A stretch of DNA of 64,000 nucleotides. Source: Clostridia bacterium. Its GTDB lineage: Bacteria; Bacillota; Clostridia; HGM11514. Below are positions 49,752 to 60,351 of this stretch, one piece after another; the first letter of the stretch is position 1, and each line of letters begins with the position of its first letter. Below the pieces are notes generated by a model. The model saw only the letters and a program-made list of their open reading frames with translations. It was not told the DNA's origin and made no database searches. The DNA lies in the NCBI GenBank assembly GCA_045586685.1, contig JAZNAU010000042.1:7822-71821 (forward strand), in the 5' to 3' direction. The translations under genes were made by a program, and so were the position numbers.

Positions 49752-52358
49752 TTAACCTTTCAATTTTTGTTGCATTTGATACAAACAATTCATTGCCTCG
49801 ATGGGTGACATGGTAGACACATCTAAGGTTTTCAACTGTTCCAGCACTTCCATGCTTCCCAAATCTTCAAGTCCCATTTGCATTTTCGGTTCTTCCTCCA
49901 CCTTAGGCAAGGAGTTGCTTTCGGACTTTCCTTCCTCTAACGAGGCAAGAATTTTCTTCGCCCGTTTTAACACATTGGAAGGTACGCCCGCAAGCTTTGC
50001 TACTTCAATTCCAAAGCTATCATCTGCACCGCCGGAAATAATTTTTCGCAAAAATACCACATCATCTCCCCGTTTTTTCACTGCAATACAGTAGTTTTTT
50101 ACACCGGGCAGCTTGTGTTCCTGCTCCCTCAGTTCGTGATAATGAGTGGCAAACAAGGTTTTTGCTCCTAACAATTTTGGGTCCACCACATGTTCAATGA
50201 CCGCCCATGCAATAGAAAGCCCGTCAAAGGTACTGGTTCCTCTGCCAATTTCATCTAATATTAACAAACTTTTTGGGGTGGCATTTTGTAAAATATACGC
50301 CACCTCGCTCATTTCCACCATAAAGGTACTTCGTCCCGACGAAATATCATCCGACGCACCCACACGGGTGAAAATTTTATCAACCACACCGATTTGCGCT
50401 GATGCAGCCGGAACAAAAGAACCAATCTGAGCCATCAGAGTAATCAACGCTACCTGACGCATATAAGTGGATTTTCCCGCCATATTAGGTCCTGTAATCA
50501 TAGCAAGACGATTTTCGTTTCTGTCCAGCAATGTATCGTTAGGAACAAACAAATTAGTTCGTTGCATTTGCTCTACCACAGGATGGCGTCCGTCACGAAT
50601 TACAATTTTATCCGACAAATTGATTTCGGGCATACAGTAATTATTTTCTGATGCCACTGCCGCCAGAGAACAAAGGCAATCAGTGACAGCCACAGCCTGA
50701 ATGGTTCTTTGAATCCTTGGCAAATTGCTTTCAATGGTGCCAAGAAGTTGCTCAAACAACTCATACTCCAAAGCCGCAATCCGTTCTCCTGCACTTAATA
50801 TAGTATCCTCCAGCTTTTTCAGTTCATCGGTAATATACCGCTCACAGTTAGCCAGAGTTTGTTTTCTGATATAATGTTCGGGTACCTTATCCTGAAAAGA
50901 CTTGGTAACCTCTATGTAGTAACCGAAAACTTTATTATATCCTGTTTTTAAATTCTTAATTCCCGTCCGTTCCCGCTCCGTCTGCTCAAGCTCGTTTATC
51001 CACTGCTTGCCGCTTTTCATTGCCTGACGGTACTTGTCCACCTGTTCATGATATCCCTCTTTTATCATGCCTCCTTCTCTGACTGAAAAAGGAGGTTCAT
51101 CAGCTACAGCACGTTCCAGAAGGAAATATAAATCCTCCAAAGTGTCCAACTCTTGAAATTGCTCTGCGACCAAAGTGCTTTTACTGTTTTCCAAAAATTG
51201 CTTAATTTTTGGAAGAACTTGTATAGAATAACGAAAGGAAACCAAATCACGGGCATTGGCTGTTTTATAAGAAATTTTACTCATCAGCCGTTCAATATCC
51301 AACATCCCTTTTAGTATCCGCATCAATTCCTGACGGCGAATGCTATCCGAAAACAATTCCTCTACGCCGTTTAATCGCTTACGGATGGAAACACAGTTAA
51401 TCAAAGGTCTTTCCAGCCACTTCCGAAGAAGTCTTGCTCCCATGGCGGTGCCTGTCTGGTCAAGGACAGAAAGCAAAGACCCCGCCTTGCTCTTTTCCCG
51501 CATGGTTTCGGTGATTTCAAGATTTCGACGGGTGTTCAAATCCAACTCCATAAACTCCCCGTCTGTATAAAAGTGAATTTCACGGATATGCTCCAATGAA
51601 ACTTTCTGGGTTTCTTGCAAAAAACCAAACATGGCACCGCAGGCACGCAGGGTATATTGTTGCTCCTCTAACCCGATGCTTGCAAAATTATTGGTATGAA
51701 ACTGCTGTTCCAGTGCCAATTTTGCCTGTTCTAAAGAAAAACACTCCGAATCCAGATATCCCACACGAAGCCCAAACCGTTCCTCAACAAAGGCGGAAAA
51801 GTGTGTTTCATCCGAACAACCTGCATTCACCAGCAATTCACTGGGATGATATCTGCCGATTTCGTTATAAATACGGAACAAATATCCGTCTCCTTCAAAT
51901 CGGGTAGCAGAAATTTCGCCGGTAGTAATATCGCCGAATGCAATACCGCCGCCCTTTTCATCACGATAGATGCAACACAGATAATTGTTCTTTTTTTCAT
52001 CCAGAACATTGGTATCAATCAACGTCCCCGGACTTACCACACGAATAATTTCCCGTCTGACAATTCCCTTTGTGGTTTTAGGGTCCTCCACTTGTTCGCA
52101 GATGGCAACCTTATACCCCTTTGCAATCAGACGGGCAATATAGGCGTCTGCCGAATGGAAGGGCACACCGCACATGGGGGCACGGGTTTCCAGTCCGCAA
52201 TCACGCCCTGTTAATGTAATTTCCAGTTCTTTGGAGGCAATCTCAGCGTCACGGAAAAACATTTCGTAAAAATCACCCAGACGGAAGAATAAAATTGCAT
52301 CTTCGTTTGCCTGCTTTACTTCCATATATTGTTTCATCATTGGTGAGAGTTCTGCCAT
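49752..52358 (-). CDS. mutS: DNA mismatch repair protein MutS
   Basis: 868 aa with the Walker A motif GPNMAGKST and ST..DE.GRGT. Confidence 0.97.
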   Translation of the reverse strand: MAELSPMMKQYMEVKQANEDAILFFRLGDFYEMFFRDAEIASKELEITLTGRDCGLETRAPMCGVPFHSADAYIARLIAKGYKVAICEQVEDPKTTKGIVRREIIRVVSPGTLIDTNVLDEKKNNYLCCIYRDEKGGGIAFGDITTGEISATRFEGDGYLFRIYNEIGRYHPSELLVNAGCSDETHFSAFVEERFGLRVGYLDSECFSLEQAKLALEQQFHTNNFASIGLEEQQYTLRACGAMFGFLQETQKVSLEHIREIHFYTDGEFMELDLNTRRNLEITETMREKSKAGSLLSVLDQTGTAMGARLLRKWLERPLINCVSIRKRLNGVEELFSDSIRRQELMRILKGMLDIERLMSKISYKTANARDLVSFRYSIQVLPKIKQFLENSKSTLVAEQFQELDTLEDLYFLLERAVADEPPFSVREGGMIKEGYHEQVDKYRQAMKSGKQWINELEQTERERTGIKNLKTGYNKVFGYYIEVTKSFQDKVPEHYIRKQTLANCERYITDELKKLEDTILSAGERIAALEYELFEQLLGTIESNLPRIQRTIQAVAVTDCLCSLAAVASENNYCMPEINLSDKIVIRDGRHPVVEQMQRTNLFVPNDTLLDRNENRLAMITGPNMAGKSTYMRQVALITLMAQIGSFVPAASAQIGVVDKIFTRVGASDDISSGRSTFMVEMSEVAYILQNATPKSLLILDEIGRGTSTFDGLSIAWAVIEHVVDPKLLGAKTLFATHYHELREQEHKLPGVKNYCIAVKKRGDDVVFLRKIISGGADDSFGIEVAKLAGVPSNVLKRAKKILASLEEGKSESNSLPKVEEEPKMQMGLEDLGSMEVLEQLKTLDVSTMSPIEAMNCLYQMQQKLKG

Positions 52359-52388
52359 TTCTTCCGCCTCCTTTTTCTTTTTTTACGA

Positions 52389-52796
52389 TTAGTGACAGCC
52401 TCCGCAACTTTCGCAACTGCCGCTGCAACCGCTATTTCCTTGGGGAACCACATGCTGTGCAATCAAGGTGTTAATTTTTTTCATCAACGCATCAAATGCC
52501 TGCTGGGTGTAAATATATTCCTTAATGGTAGGATTTTCGTTTAGCTTTTGATATTCTGCCGTAAGCTTTTCTTTATATTCCTCCATTTCTTCCTTGGTAG
52601 GTTCCCCCATTCTGACCTTCATGGAAAATTCGTTGGTCAGTTCGTTATAGGCAGCAAGCTGTGCCTGAGCAGCCTCATCTGCCAGCTGAGCTTCTTCTGC
52701 CTTTTTCATGCTTACATATTCATCACTTTGGGCAATCAGTTTTCCTAAAAGTGACGCTTGTTCCAAAATATCCATTTTAATAGCTCCTTTCGCCAA
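52389..52796 (-). CDS. ricA: YmcA/YlbF family regulator (RicA-like) with Cys-rich C-terminus
   Basis: 135 aa in the YheA/YmcA/YlbF (Com_YlbF) family. Synteny with miaB-ymcA-mutS-mutL supports the call. The C-terminus reads CSGSCESCGGCH. Confidence 0.8.
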   Translation of the reverse strand: MAKGAIKMDILEQASLLGKLIAQSDEYVSMKKAEEAQLADEAAQAQLAAYNELTNEFSMKVRMGEPTKEEMEEYKEKLTAEYQKLNENPTIKEYIYTQQAFDALMKKINTLIAQHVVPQGNSGCSGSCESCGGCH

Positions 52797-54180
52797 TCAG
52801 AGACCAGGTTTGTGCCTCTGTTACTGTTACATTTATATATTGTCCTGTCAGTTCCTCTGACCCTTTTAAATGAACCAATTTATTTCCTTCTGTCCGTCCG
52901 GCAAGCATGGAACTCTCATGCTTTGCCTTTCCTTCAATCAGAAGCTCAAAGGTTTTTCCCACATAGCTTTCGTTGATTTCTCTGGAAATACGGTTTTGCA
53001 ACTCTAATAATTTCCCAAATCGTCTTGATTTATCCTCTTCCGTTGCCAAATCCTCCATGGTTGCCGCAGGTGTTCCGTGCCGTTTGGAATAAATAAAAGT
53101 AAACAAACTGTCAAAGCGCACGTGCTCCACCAGTGACAGGGTATCCTCAAACTCTTCCTCCGTTTCTCCGGGAAAGCCTACAATCACATCACTGCTTAAC
53201 ACCACATGGGGAAGATAAGAACGAACCATATCAATCAGTCCTAAATAATGTTCTCGGGTATATTTCCGATTCATTTCTTTCAGCACACGGTTATTCCCCG
53301 ACTGAAAAGGCAAATGAAGCTGATTGCAAATGTTGGGAAATTCCGCCATCGTCCGAATCAGTTTTTCACTGATATCCTTAGGATGAGAGGTCATAAAACG
53401 AATTCTGCGAAGGTTAGGCGTTTGTGCCACCTGGGAAAGCAAATCGGCAAAATCACAACCACCCTTATAAGAATTGACATTCTGCCCCAACAGCATAATT
53501 TCACTGATGCCGGACTCTACTGTCTGTCTGACTTCCGAAAGCACGTCCTCCCTGTCACGGCTACGCTCCCGTCCTCTTACATAAGGTACAATACAGTAAG
53601 AACAAAAATTATTACAGCCATACATGACCGATACACCTGCTTTTACAGGGTTGTCCCGCAAAATAGGTAAATCTTCTGCAATGGCTCCGTCTGAGCATTC
53701 CGAATCAAACACCCTTTCCTCATGATAAGAACGATACAGTATTTCAGGAAAACGATACAAGGCATGAGTGCCAAACACCATATCCACGTGAGGATATTTT
53801 CGTTTAATGGTCTCAGCAACCAAATTCTGCTGGGTCATACATCCGCACAGGGCAATTTTCAATGAAGGCTTTCGTCGTTTGTGATGTTTCAAAGCCCCCA
53901 CCTTACCATACACTTTCAGCTCTGCATTTTCCCGTACTGCACAGGTATTAAACACAATCAAATCTGCCTGATTCAAGTCGTCTGTAAACAGAAAGCCCAT
54001 TTCCTTCAGCATTCCGCAGATTCTTCTGGAATCATTTTCATTTTGCTGACATCCATAGGTCTGAACACACGCCATCCTGCCCCTCAGAGAAAGGTCTGCC
54101 ACCTGTTGCATATACTGTTTTTGACGGTCAATTTCCTGTGCTGAAATATGCTGACTTTGTGCATTTTTCTGTTCTGCCAT
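52777..54180 (-). CDS. miaB: tRNA-i6A37 methylthiotransferase MiaB
   Basis: UPF0004 N-domain and radical-SAM CxxxCxxC (CNNFCSYC), followed by a TRAM domain. Confidence 0.95.
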   Translation of the reverse strand: MAEQKNAQSQHISAQEIDRQKQYMQQVADLSLRGRMACVQTYGCQQNENDSRRICGMLKEMGFLFTDDLNQADLIVFNTCAVRENAELKVYGKVGALKHHKRRKPSLKIALCGCMTQQNLVAETIKRKYPHVDMVFGTHALYRFPEILYRSYHEERVFDSECSDGAIAEDLPILRDNPVKAGVSVMYGCNNFCSYCIVPYVRGRERSRDREDVLSEVRQTVESGISEIMLLGQNVNSYKGGCDFADLLSQVAQTPNLRRIRFMTSHPKDISEKLIRTMAEFPNICNQLHLPFQSGNNRVLKEMNRKYTREHYLGLIDMVRSYLPHVVLSSDVIVGFPGETEEEFEDTLSLVEHVRFDSLFTFIYSKRHGTPAATMEDLATEEDKSRRFGKLLELQNRISREINESYVGKTFELLIEGKAKHESSMLAGRTEGNKLVHLKGSEELTGQYINVTVTEAQTWSLIGERSY

Positions 54181-54390
54181 AGCTGACTCCCTTTCCTATC
54201 ATACTTTTCCTGAGCATAATACCCCAGTATCCTTTAATTATACCTTTTTCTTTGGATTCTGTCAATGGTTTTTGGATGGAAATTCGGAAAAAGAACAAAA
54301 AAATTTTTTCTTATTTTCTATTTCTTTTTTAGATAACACTTGCTTTTTTTTATAATTTTCGATATAATAGAGGTAGAAAGGATGGAAATA

Positions 54391-55137
54391 ATGAAACATT
54401 TGTTAAGTCATGTCCGCCGATGCGTGGAGGACTATGATATGATTCAGACCGGCGATCGGATTACAGTGGGTATTTCGGGGGGAAAAGATTCTCTTTGTCT
54501 GCTCTATGCCTTAGCCAATCTGAGACGGTTTTATCCAAACAAATTTGACCTTGAGGCAATAACACTGGATATGGGTTTTGAGGGACTTGATTTTTCCAAA
54601 ATTCAAGCTTTGTGTGATACTTTAGAGGTGCCCTATACCGTGGTCAAAACGGATATTGCACCCATTATTTTTGAAGCAAGACAGGAATCCAACCCCTGTT
54701 CCCTTTGTGCTAAAATGCGTCGGGGAGCACTTCACGATGCAGCACTGGCAAAGGGGTGTAAAAAGGTAGCGTTGGGACATCACTTTGACGATGCAGTGGA
54801 AACCTTCTGCCTCAGTTTGTTTTTTGAGGGAAGAATCAACTGTTTCTCCCCTGTCACATTTCTTGACAGAAAGGGCATTACTTTGATTCGTCCCATGCTT
54901 TATTTACACGAACGGGAAGTGGTTAACCTAAAAGAAAAATACAGTTTCCCGGTAGTACGTAACCCTTGCCCCGTAGACGGGCACACAAAACGGCAGTATA
55001 TCAAAGATACACTTCGAAATTTAGAACGGGAAAATCCGGGATTACGGGATCGATTTTTCGGAGCCATTCAACGTTCTGAATTAGAAGGTTGGAAACCGGT
55101 CAGAACAGAAAAAAGGAGGAAAAAATATGAAAGTTAG
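54391..55137 (+). CDS. ttcA: TtcA-family PP-loop ATPase (tRNA 2-thiocytidine biosynthesis-like)
   Basis: SGGKDS PP-loop with conserved Cys pairs. The start was chosen at the ATG at 54391; the alternative at 54382 abuts the RBS. Confidence 0.8.
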   Translation: MKHLLSHVRRCVEDYDMIQTGDRITVGISGGKDSLCLLYALANLRRFYPNKFDLEAITLDMGFEGLDFSKIQALCDTLEVPYTVVKTDIAPIIFEARQESNPCSLCAKMRRGALHDAALAKGCKKVALGHHFDDAVETFCLSLFFEGRINCFSPVTFLDRKGITLIRPMLYLHEREVVNLKEKYSFPVVRNPCPVDGHTKRQYIKDTLRNLERENPGLRDRFFGAIQRSELEGWKPVRTEKRRKKYES

Positions 55138-55993
55138 AAAAGCAGTCATTCCCGCAGCAGGTCTGGGAACAAGATTTTTACCTGCCACCAAAGCACAGCC
55201 AAAGGAAATGCTCCCTATTGTGGACAAACCCACGATTCAGTATATTATTGAAGAGGCGGTCCGTTCGGGAATTGAAGACATTATTATCGTAACCGGAAGA
55301 AGCAAACGTGCCATCGAAGATCATTTTGACAAATCTTATGAACTTGAGGTAGAGCTTTCAAAAGGACAGAAACAGGAACTGCTTTCTCTTGTACAGGATA
55401 TTTCCCGACTGGCAAACATTTACTATATTCGTCAGAAGGAGCCTCTGGGACTTGGTCATGCCATTTACTGTGCCAAAACCTTTGTGGGAAATGAACCTTT
55501 TGCAGTTTTATTAGGCGACGATGTGGTTGACGCACCTGAAAAGCCCTGTTTAAAGCAGATGATAGAAGTATTTGACCAGTATCAGACATCAGTTTTAGGG
55601 GTACAGACCGTTCCCCGTCAGGACACCAACAAATACGGTATTGTCGCAGGAAGCCAAATTTCAGAACGAATTTATAAAGTAGATACTTTGGTAGAAAAAC
55701 CAAAAGTGGAGGAAGCGCCCTCCAACATTGCAATTTTGGGTCGCTATATCATTACCCCCGAAATTTTTACCGAATTGGAGCAAACCACTCCCGGTGCAGG
55801 CGGTGAAATTCAGCTGACAGATGCACTGCTTCGTCTGGCACAAAAGCAATGCATTTATGCCTATGATTTCATGGGCAGACGGTATGATGTAGGAAACAAG
55901 GAAGGTTTCTTGGAAGCCACCGTGGAATTTGCATTAAAACGGGAAGATTTAAGGGACGAATTTCTGGCTTATCTGAAAAGTCTTTCTCTGTAA
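55127..55993 (+). CDS. galU: UTP--glucose-1-phosphate uridylyltransferase
   Basis: [18 protein letters not shown] motif, 288 aa. Confidence 0.95.
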   Translation: MKVRKAVIPAAGLGTRFLPATKAQPKEMLPIVDKPTIQYIIEEAVRSGIEDIIIVTGRSKRAIEDHFDKSYELEVELSKGQKQELLSLVQDISRLANIYYIRQKEPLGLGHAIYCAKTFVGNEPFAVLLGDDVVDAPEKPCLKQMIEVFDQYQTSVLGVQTVPRQDTNKYGIVAGSQISERIYKVDTLVEKPKVEEAPSNIAILGRYIITPEIFTELEQTTPGAGGEIQLTDALLRLAQKQCIYAYDFMGRRYDVGNKEGFLEATVEFALKREDLRDEFLAYLKSLSL

Positions 55994-56007
55994 AGCAATA
56001 CAACTAC

Positions 56008-56047
56008 AAAAAAGTGTCAAGGAAACTATTTCCTTGACACTTTTTTT
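56008..56047. terminator. bidirectional terminator between galU and the M13 peptidase gene
   Basis: aaaaaaGTGTCAAGGAAActaTTTCCTTGACACttttttt. Confidence 0.7.
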
Positions 56048-58367
56048 ACCAGACAGATATCCGCTCTGTAGGGGGAACATACATCCCATCCCCCGGCTGA
56101 ATATCAAATGCTTTGTAAAATTCCTCAAAATTCACCACAACACGGTTAACGCGCAGATTTTCTGCTGCATGAACATCATTTTCGGATAGATAATTGACAT
56201 ACTCCTGTCTGCCGTATTGTCTCCAGATGGTTGCATAATGAGTAAAGAATAACGGATAATCTCGATTCCCCTTTTCTTTCATCAAATCAAGAACACATGC
56301 CATACCACCCAAATCCGCAATATTTTCTCCCAAAGTCAAAGAGCCGTCGCATCTGGCATGATTACTGATTTCATAGTTATCATAAAACTCAATGACCCGT
56401 TCGCACTTTTTCTCGAAAGCAATCCAATCCTTGTCCGTCCACCAGTTAATCAATTCACCATCTTTGTCAGTCTGTGCTCCCACGTCGTCAAAGGCATGGG
56501 TAATTTCGTGGGCAATAATAGTGCCGATTCCCGCCATATTTTCTTCCGTTTGGGCAGTTTCATCATAGAAAGGTGCCTGTAAAATTCCTGCCGGAATGGT
56601 AATGGAATTTCTGCTTGGTTCGTAAGCTGCATTCACCGTATAGCAATATAGCGACCAAGAATCCTTAGCAGCTTCCTTTCCCAACGCTCCTATATTCTGA
56701 TAGTAATAATAATTTTTGATACCCCTGACGTTTTCAAACAGGGTACCGTCAAAAGGTCTGCTTTCTTCAAAGGGGTCATAAAATTCTTCCGGATACGCCA
56801 CATTGATACGCATGTAGTCCAACTTTGAAATTGCCTGTTTTCTTGTTTTCTCACTTAACCAATCTGCTTTTTTCAATCTTTCTTTAAATGTATTTCGAAG
56901 CTCTCTCACCATCTGCGTAACAGATTCTTTCGTTTCCTCTGAACCATATTTGTCAACATAAGCTTCTTCCAGACTTGCACCCAAAAAAGCTCGCACCAAC
57001 AGGTAGGCATCTTCTTCCGGCTTGTACTGAGGCTGTGTACCATACATTGTTTCAATAAAATCATAATAAGGCTGTTGAAACTCCTGAGACAATACAGAAG
57101 ATGCATCCTGAATCAACCAAAATTTCATATAAGTTTTTAATACTTCCAGATGTTCATCGGACAAATACTCTATCGTTTTTTTTACTCTGCCCTCGTCAAC
57201 CAAATAGAAGTAATTGACCTGGTCCCATAAAGATAATTGGCTTCTAAGTTGATTGTTTAAGGCATAAAAATCATTGCTTAGATATTTTTTATAAATGTTC
57301 CTTATATTATTTTCATCATAATCCAAAGAGGAAAGAGCTACATCCCGCTCCATTTCATATAATTGCTCTGCATGGCGGTCTGCCTCGGTTTTAGATTCGC
57401 CTCCAAGCTGTAAGGTATCTGAAACCAGATTCAGGTAGGCTTCTTTTGCAGTTTCATCTTCTGTCGTAAAATAAACCTTTTCCAAAATTCCTGCCATTCC
57501 GCTGACGAAGGGGGCATAAAACTTTGCAGAATATACATCCAAATCCACGTACAGTCCCAAAATGCTGCTTCCAAAGGATTTGGAAATTTGCATGTTTTCA
57601 TTCAACAATTCCTTTATATTGGAAGCATTTTCATATCGGTCAATATATTCTTGTATGGGTTCAATTCCTGCTTTACTCCGTCCCTCTGTATCCATGGCAG
57701 ATATGTAAAATTCCTTGACTCTTTGTTCGGAAGAATTTTCATCCCACTCTCCCTCTGCCATTTCATCAATCATTTCATTTAATTGTTCTGATACAATGTC
57801 ATCAGTTTCCTGAAAGGTTCCTATCACCAAATCCCCCGCTGAAAGAGTTGCAGAATCAAACCAATGTTTGTTTTGAGTGGCATAAAAATCATCTTTCCGA
57901 TTATTGCCCAAATACGCCCAGATTCTTCGAATCAAAAGCTCCATCTGTTCTTCCGTTACATTGTCATTAACGCCCAGACGGCCGTCAGGATATCCTGCAA
58001 TAATTCCTGCTTTCGTTAAATTGGACAAATCTGCAACTGCCCACTCAGGCAAATCAATAAACTCATTTCCAAAATTACCGATTGTCAGCTGATATTCGGA
58101 AGGGGAAGGAAGATTGGGAAATGCACGACTGAGCATTGCCATTGCTTCCACACGAAGAACAGGGTCATTTACCCGTAAATTTCCGTCACCGTCACCCTTC
58201 ATAATGTCAGAGGTTTCAATTCCTTCGTAATAGGCATCTGCCGCTGTTATAATCATTTCCAGCACTTTACCCCGAGTGGCAAATTCCGAGTCAGCCCCCG
58301 CTGTACCATAACCGGTGCAAAGAAAAACAAGCACCAGGCAAAGCAATCCCAACCGTTTTTTCATCAA
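56046..58367 (-). CDS. M13 family zinc metallopeptidase (PepO/neprilysin-like) with N-terminal signal peptide and SLH-like repeats
   Basis: HEITHAFD zinc motif near the C-terminus and an ENIADLGG block. The N-terminal region has SLH-like segments (GIIAGYPDGRLGVNDNVTEEQM). AGGAGG RBS. Confidence 0.85.
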   Translation of the reverse strand: MMKKRLGLLCLVLVFLCTGYGTAGADSEFATRGKVLEMIITAADAYYEGIETSDIMKGDGDGNLRVNDPVLRVEAMAMLSRAFPNLPSPSEYQLTIGNFGNEFIDLPEWAVADLSNLTKAGIIAGYPDGRLGVNDNVTEEQMELLIRRIWAYLGNNRKDDFYATQNKHWFDSATLSAGDLVIGTFQETDDIVSEQLNEMIDEMAEGEWDENSSEQRVKEFYISAMDTEGRSKAGIEPIQEYIDRYENASNIKELLNENMQISKSFGSSILGLYVDLDVYSAKFYAPFVSGMAGILEKVYFTTEDETAKEAYLNLVSDTLQLGGESKTEADRHAEQLYEMERDVALSSLDYDENNIRNIYKKYLSNDFYALNNQLRSQLSLWDQVNYFYLVDEGRVKKTIEYLSDEHLEVLKTYMKFWLIQDASSVLSQEFQQPYYDFIETMYGTQPQYKPEEDAYLLVRAFLGASLEEAYVDKYGSEETKESVTQMVRELRNTFKERLKKADWLSEKTRKQAISKLDYMRINVAYPEEFYDPFEESRPFDGTLFENVRGIKNYYYYQNIGALGKEAAKDSWSLYCYTVNAAYEPSRNSITIPAGILQAPFYDETAQTEENMAGIGTIIAHEITHAFDDVGAQTDKDGELINWWTDKDWIAFEKKCERVIEFYDNYEISNHARCDGSLTLGENIADLGGMACVLDLMKEKGNRDYPLFFTHYATIWRQYGRQEYVNYLSENDVHAAENLRVNRVVVNFEEFYKAFDIQPGDGMYVPPTERISVW

Positions 58368-58449
58368 ACTTCCTCCTTAAGCTGTCTTTTAAAGTGTGTC
58401 TTTTTCTCCCTTGTTATAAGGGAGAATTTCTACAATAATTTTACCATAG

Positions 58450-60147
58450 TTATTTCTGATTGTCAATATTTTTGGTTTGTGATTCTATTTTCGGAATCAG
58501 ATATGCCATTTCTCCGCGAGTCAAATATTTTTCAGGACGAAAGGTACCGTCAGGAAAGCCGGAAAGAATATTTTTTCCGGCAAGAGCCGTAATTTCTTCA
58601 TAGGACCAATGTTCAGGCTTTACATCCGGAAAAGAAGATACCTCCCCTTCATATTCCGCACCGATGACCCGATAAAGAAGGGCTGCAACCTCTCCCCTTG
58701 TCATTTCGGTATCCGGCCGAAAGGAACCGTCCTCATATCCAAAAATCAGACCCGCTTTTGTCATTGCACCAATCTGTTTTTCAGCCCAATGTCCCTTCGT
58801 ATCAAAAAATGGACTTGGTTCCTCCGAAAGATTTAATATTCTGGCACAAATCGCTGCTGCCTGAGCACGGGTCATAGCTTCTTCGGGTGCAAACGCAGTA
58901 TGGCTGACTCCAACCATATATCCTTTTTCTGCAGAAGAAAGGATGGCATCTGCTGCAAAATGCCCTGCAATATCTTCAAAATATTTTCCGTTTAACCACA
59001 AAGAAAAATAGTCCCATACATCTACCGTTTCCTGACCCAGTGCCCAGGAGCCCGCCCCCTTCAGCTTATATTTATCCACCAATGCCAGCTTTTCCTTTAA
59101 GGAATTGCTGTTTTCAAACCAAATAACGTATCGCCCCGGTTTCATTGTCTGACCGTTAATGACAAGGCTGTCCGCCTCTGTCACAGTAAATTCTGCTTTT
59201 GGACTTCTGAATCCCCTGTCATAGGAAACCTCCGCATTGTATCGGGCAACAATAGACTCTACTCTTTGACAAGAAACACCTACACCTGACACCTCTCCGT
59301 CTTCCGACCAGATGCGTCCAAAAAAAGGAAGCCCTAACACAATTTTTTCAGCAGGTACAGATTGCAGAGCATACTGAACAGAACTCTCTGCAAAGGATAA
59401 GCTTGCCACCGGTCCTGCCTCTCCCCCTTGATAATGCTCATCATATGCCATAACAAATAAATGGTCTGCAATTTCTCCCAAAGCCTTGTAATCATACGAA
59501 CCGTGCCAGCCAAGAGTCCACCCATCCGGATTCGCCGCCACAGCAACAGAAACCTCCCTGTCAGCAGGTAATTTTTCCCGTAGTAATCGAACCAAATCCG
59601 TATACTCATCCCTGTATTTTTCTGATACATTTTCAATATCCACATTGATTCCGTCCAGATGATTTGCCATAATCACCTGATACAGTTGCTCTGCCAACGC
59701 CTCCCTGTTTTGCAGTGCTGCAATACCCCCTTCTCTGTCCCAATGATTGCTTAAAAAAGGAACAACTTTCATCCCCTGTTGATGTACACTTTCTATAAAA
59801 TCATCAGAGATACTTACCTTCTCCAACTGACCGCTGCTGTCCAGATTAAAATACGAGGGAGAAATGACCCCTAAAGAGCCTTGGGTCACTGATATATATT
59901 CCAGTTGTTGACTATACGTTCCGAAAAACACATAACTCATAGCATAGCGGTCTGTTTTCGATAATACCTGCGATAAGGGAATGGACACTGTCACTGCACC
60001 AACCAGCACAATATTTCTGATTTTACGAAATCCGGGACTTTTTGTTAAAAATTCCAGTGCCGCTTCTGTGGATACATTGTACTCGGATAAATAAAAGACA
60101 ATATCATAAGAACGATCCGGATTTTCAATCATTTCCGTACGATACAT
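58450..60147 (-). CDS. glycoside hydrolase family 18 protein with three C-terminal SLH domains
   Basis: GH18 catalytic block LDGINVDIE and the MAYDEHY motif. There are three C-terminal SLH repeats (HWA...GY.DGSFRP...TR.E). The N-terminal start is uncertain. Confidence 0.8.
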   Translation of the reverse strand: MYRTEMIENPDRSYDIVFYLSEYNVSTEAALEFLTKSPGFRKIRNIVLVGAVTVSIPLSQVLSKTDRYAMSYVFFGTYSQQLEYISVTQGSLGVISPSYFNLDSSGQLEKVSISDDFIESVHQQGMKVVPFLSNHWDREGGIAALQNREALAEQLYQVIMANHLDGINVDIENVSEKYRDEYTDLVRLLREKLPADREVSVAVAANPDGWTLGWHGSYDYKALGEIADHLFVMAYDEHYQGGEAGPVASLSFAESSVQYALQSVPAEKIVLGLPFFGRIWSEDGEVSGVGVSCQRVESIVARYNAEVSYDRGFRSPKAEFTVTEADSLVINGQTMKPGRYVIWFENSNSLKEKLALVDKYKLKGAGSWALGQETVDVWDYFSLWLNGKYFEDIAGHFAADAILSSAEKGYMVGVSHTAFAPEEAMTRAQAAAICARILNLSEEPSPFFDTKGHWAEKQIGAMTKAGLIFGYEDGSFRPDTEMTRGEVAALLYRVIGAEYEGEVSSFPDVKPEHWSYEEITALAGKNILSGFPDGTFRPEKYLTRGEMAYLIPKIESQTKNIDNQK

Positions 60148-60149
60148 AA

Positions 60150-60193
60150 AAACACCTCATCCTTTTTTTCATTAGGATGAGGTGTTTTTTTCA
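60150..60193. terminator. strong bidirectional terminator downstream of nagA, abutting the GH18 start codon
   Basis: aaaACACCTCATCCTttttttcattAGGATGAGGTGTttttttt, a 12-bp stem. Confidence 0.7.
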
Positions 60194-60351
60194 ATTTTAT
60201 ACCTTACAGCATTGATATTTTATTGAATCTCGGGTAGACTTGCAGTTACATCAGATGCCCCATCTTCTGTCACTTGCGTATTGTTTCTTCTCTTATGTCT
60301 ATGCAAATAATAGAGAAAGGTTGAAATTGAGAATCTAATGCAGCATTTACC

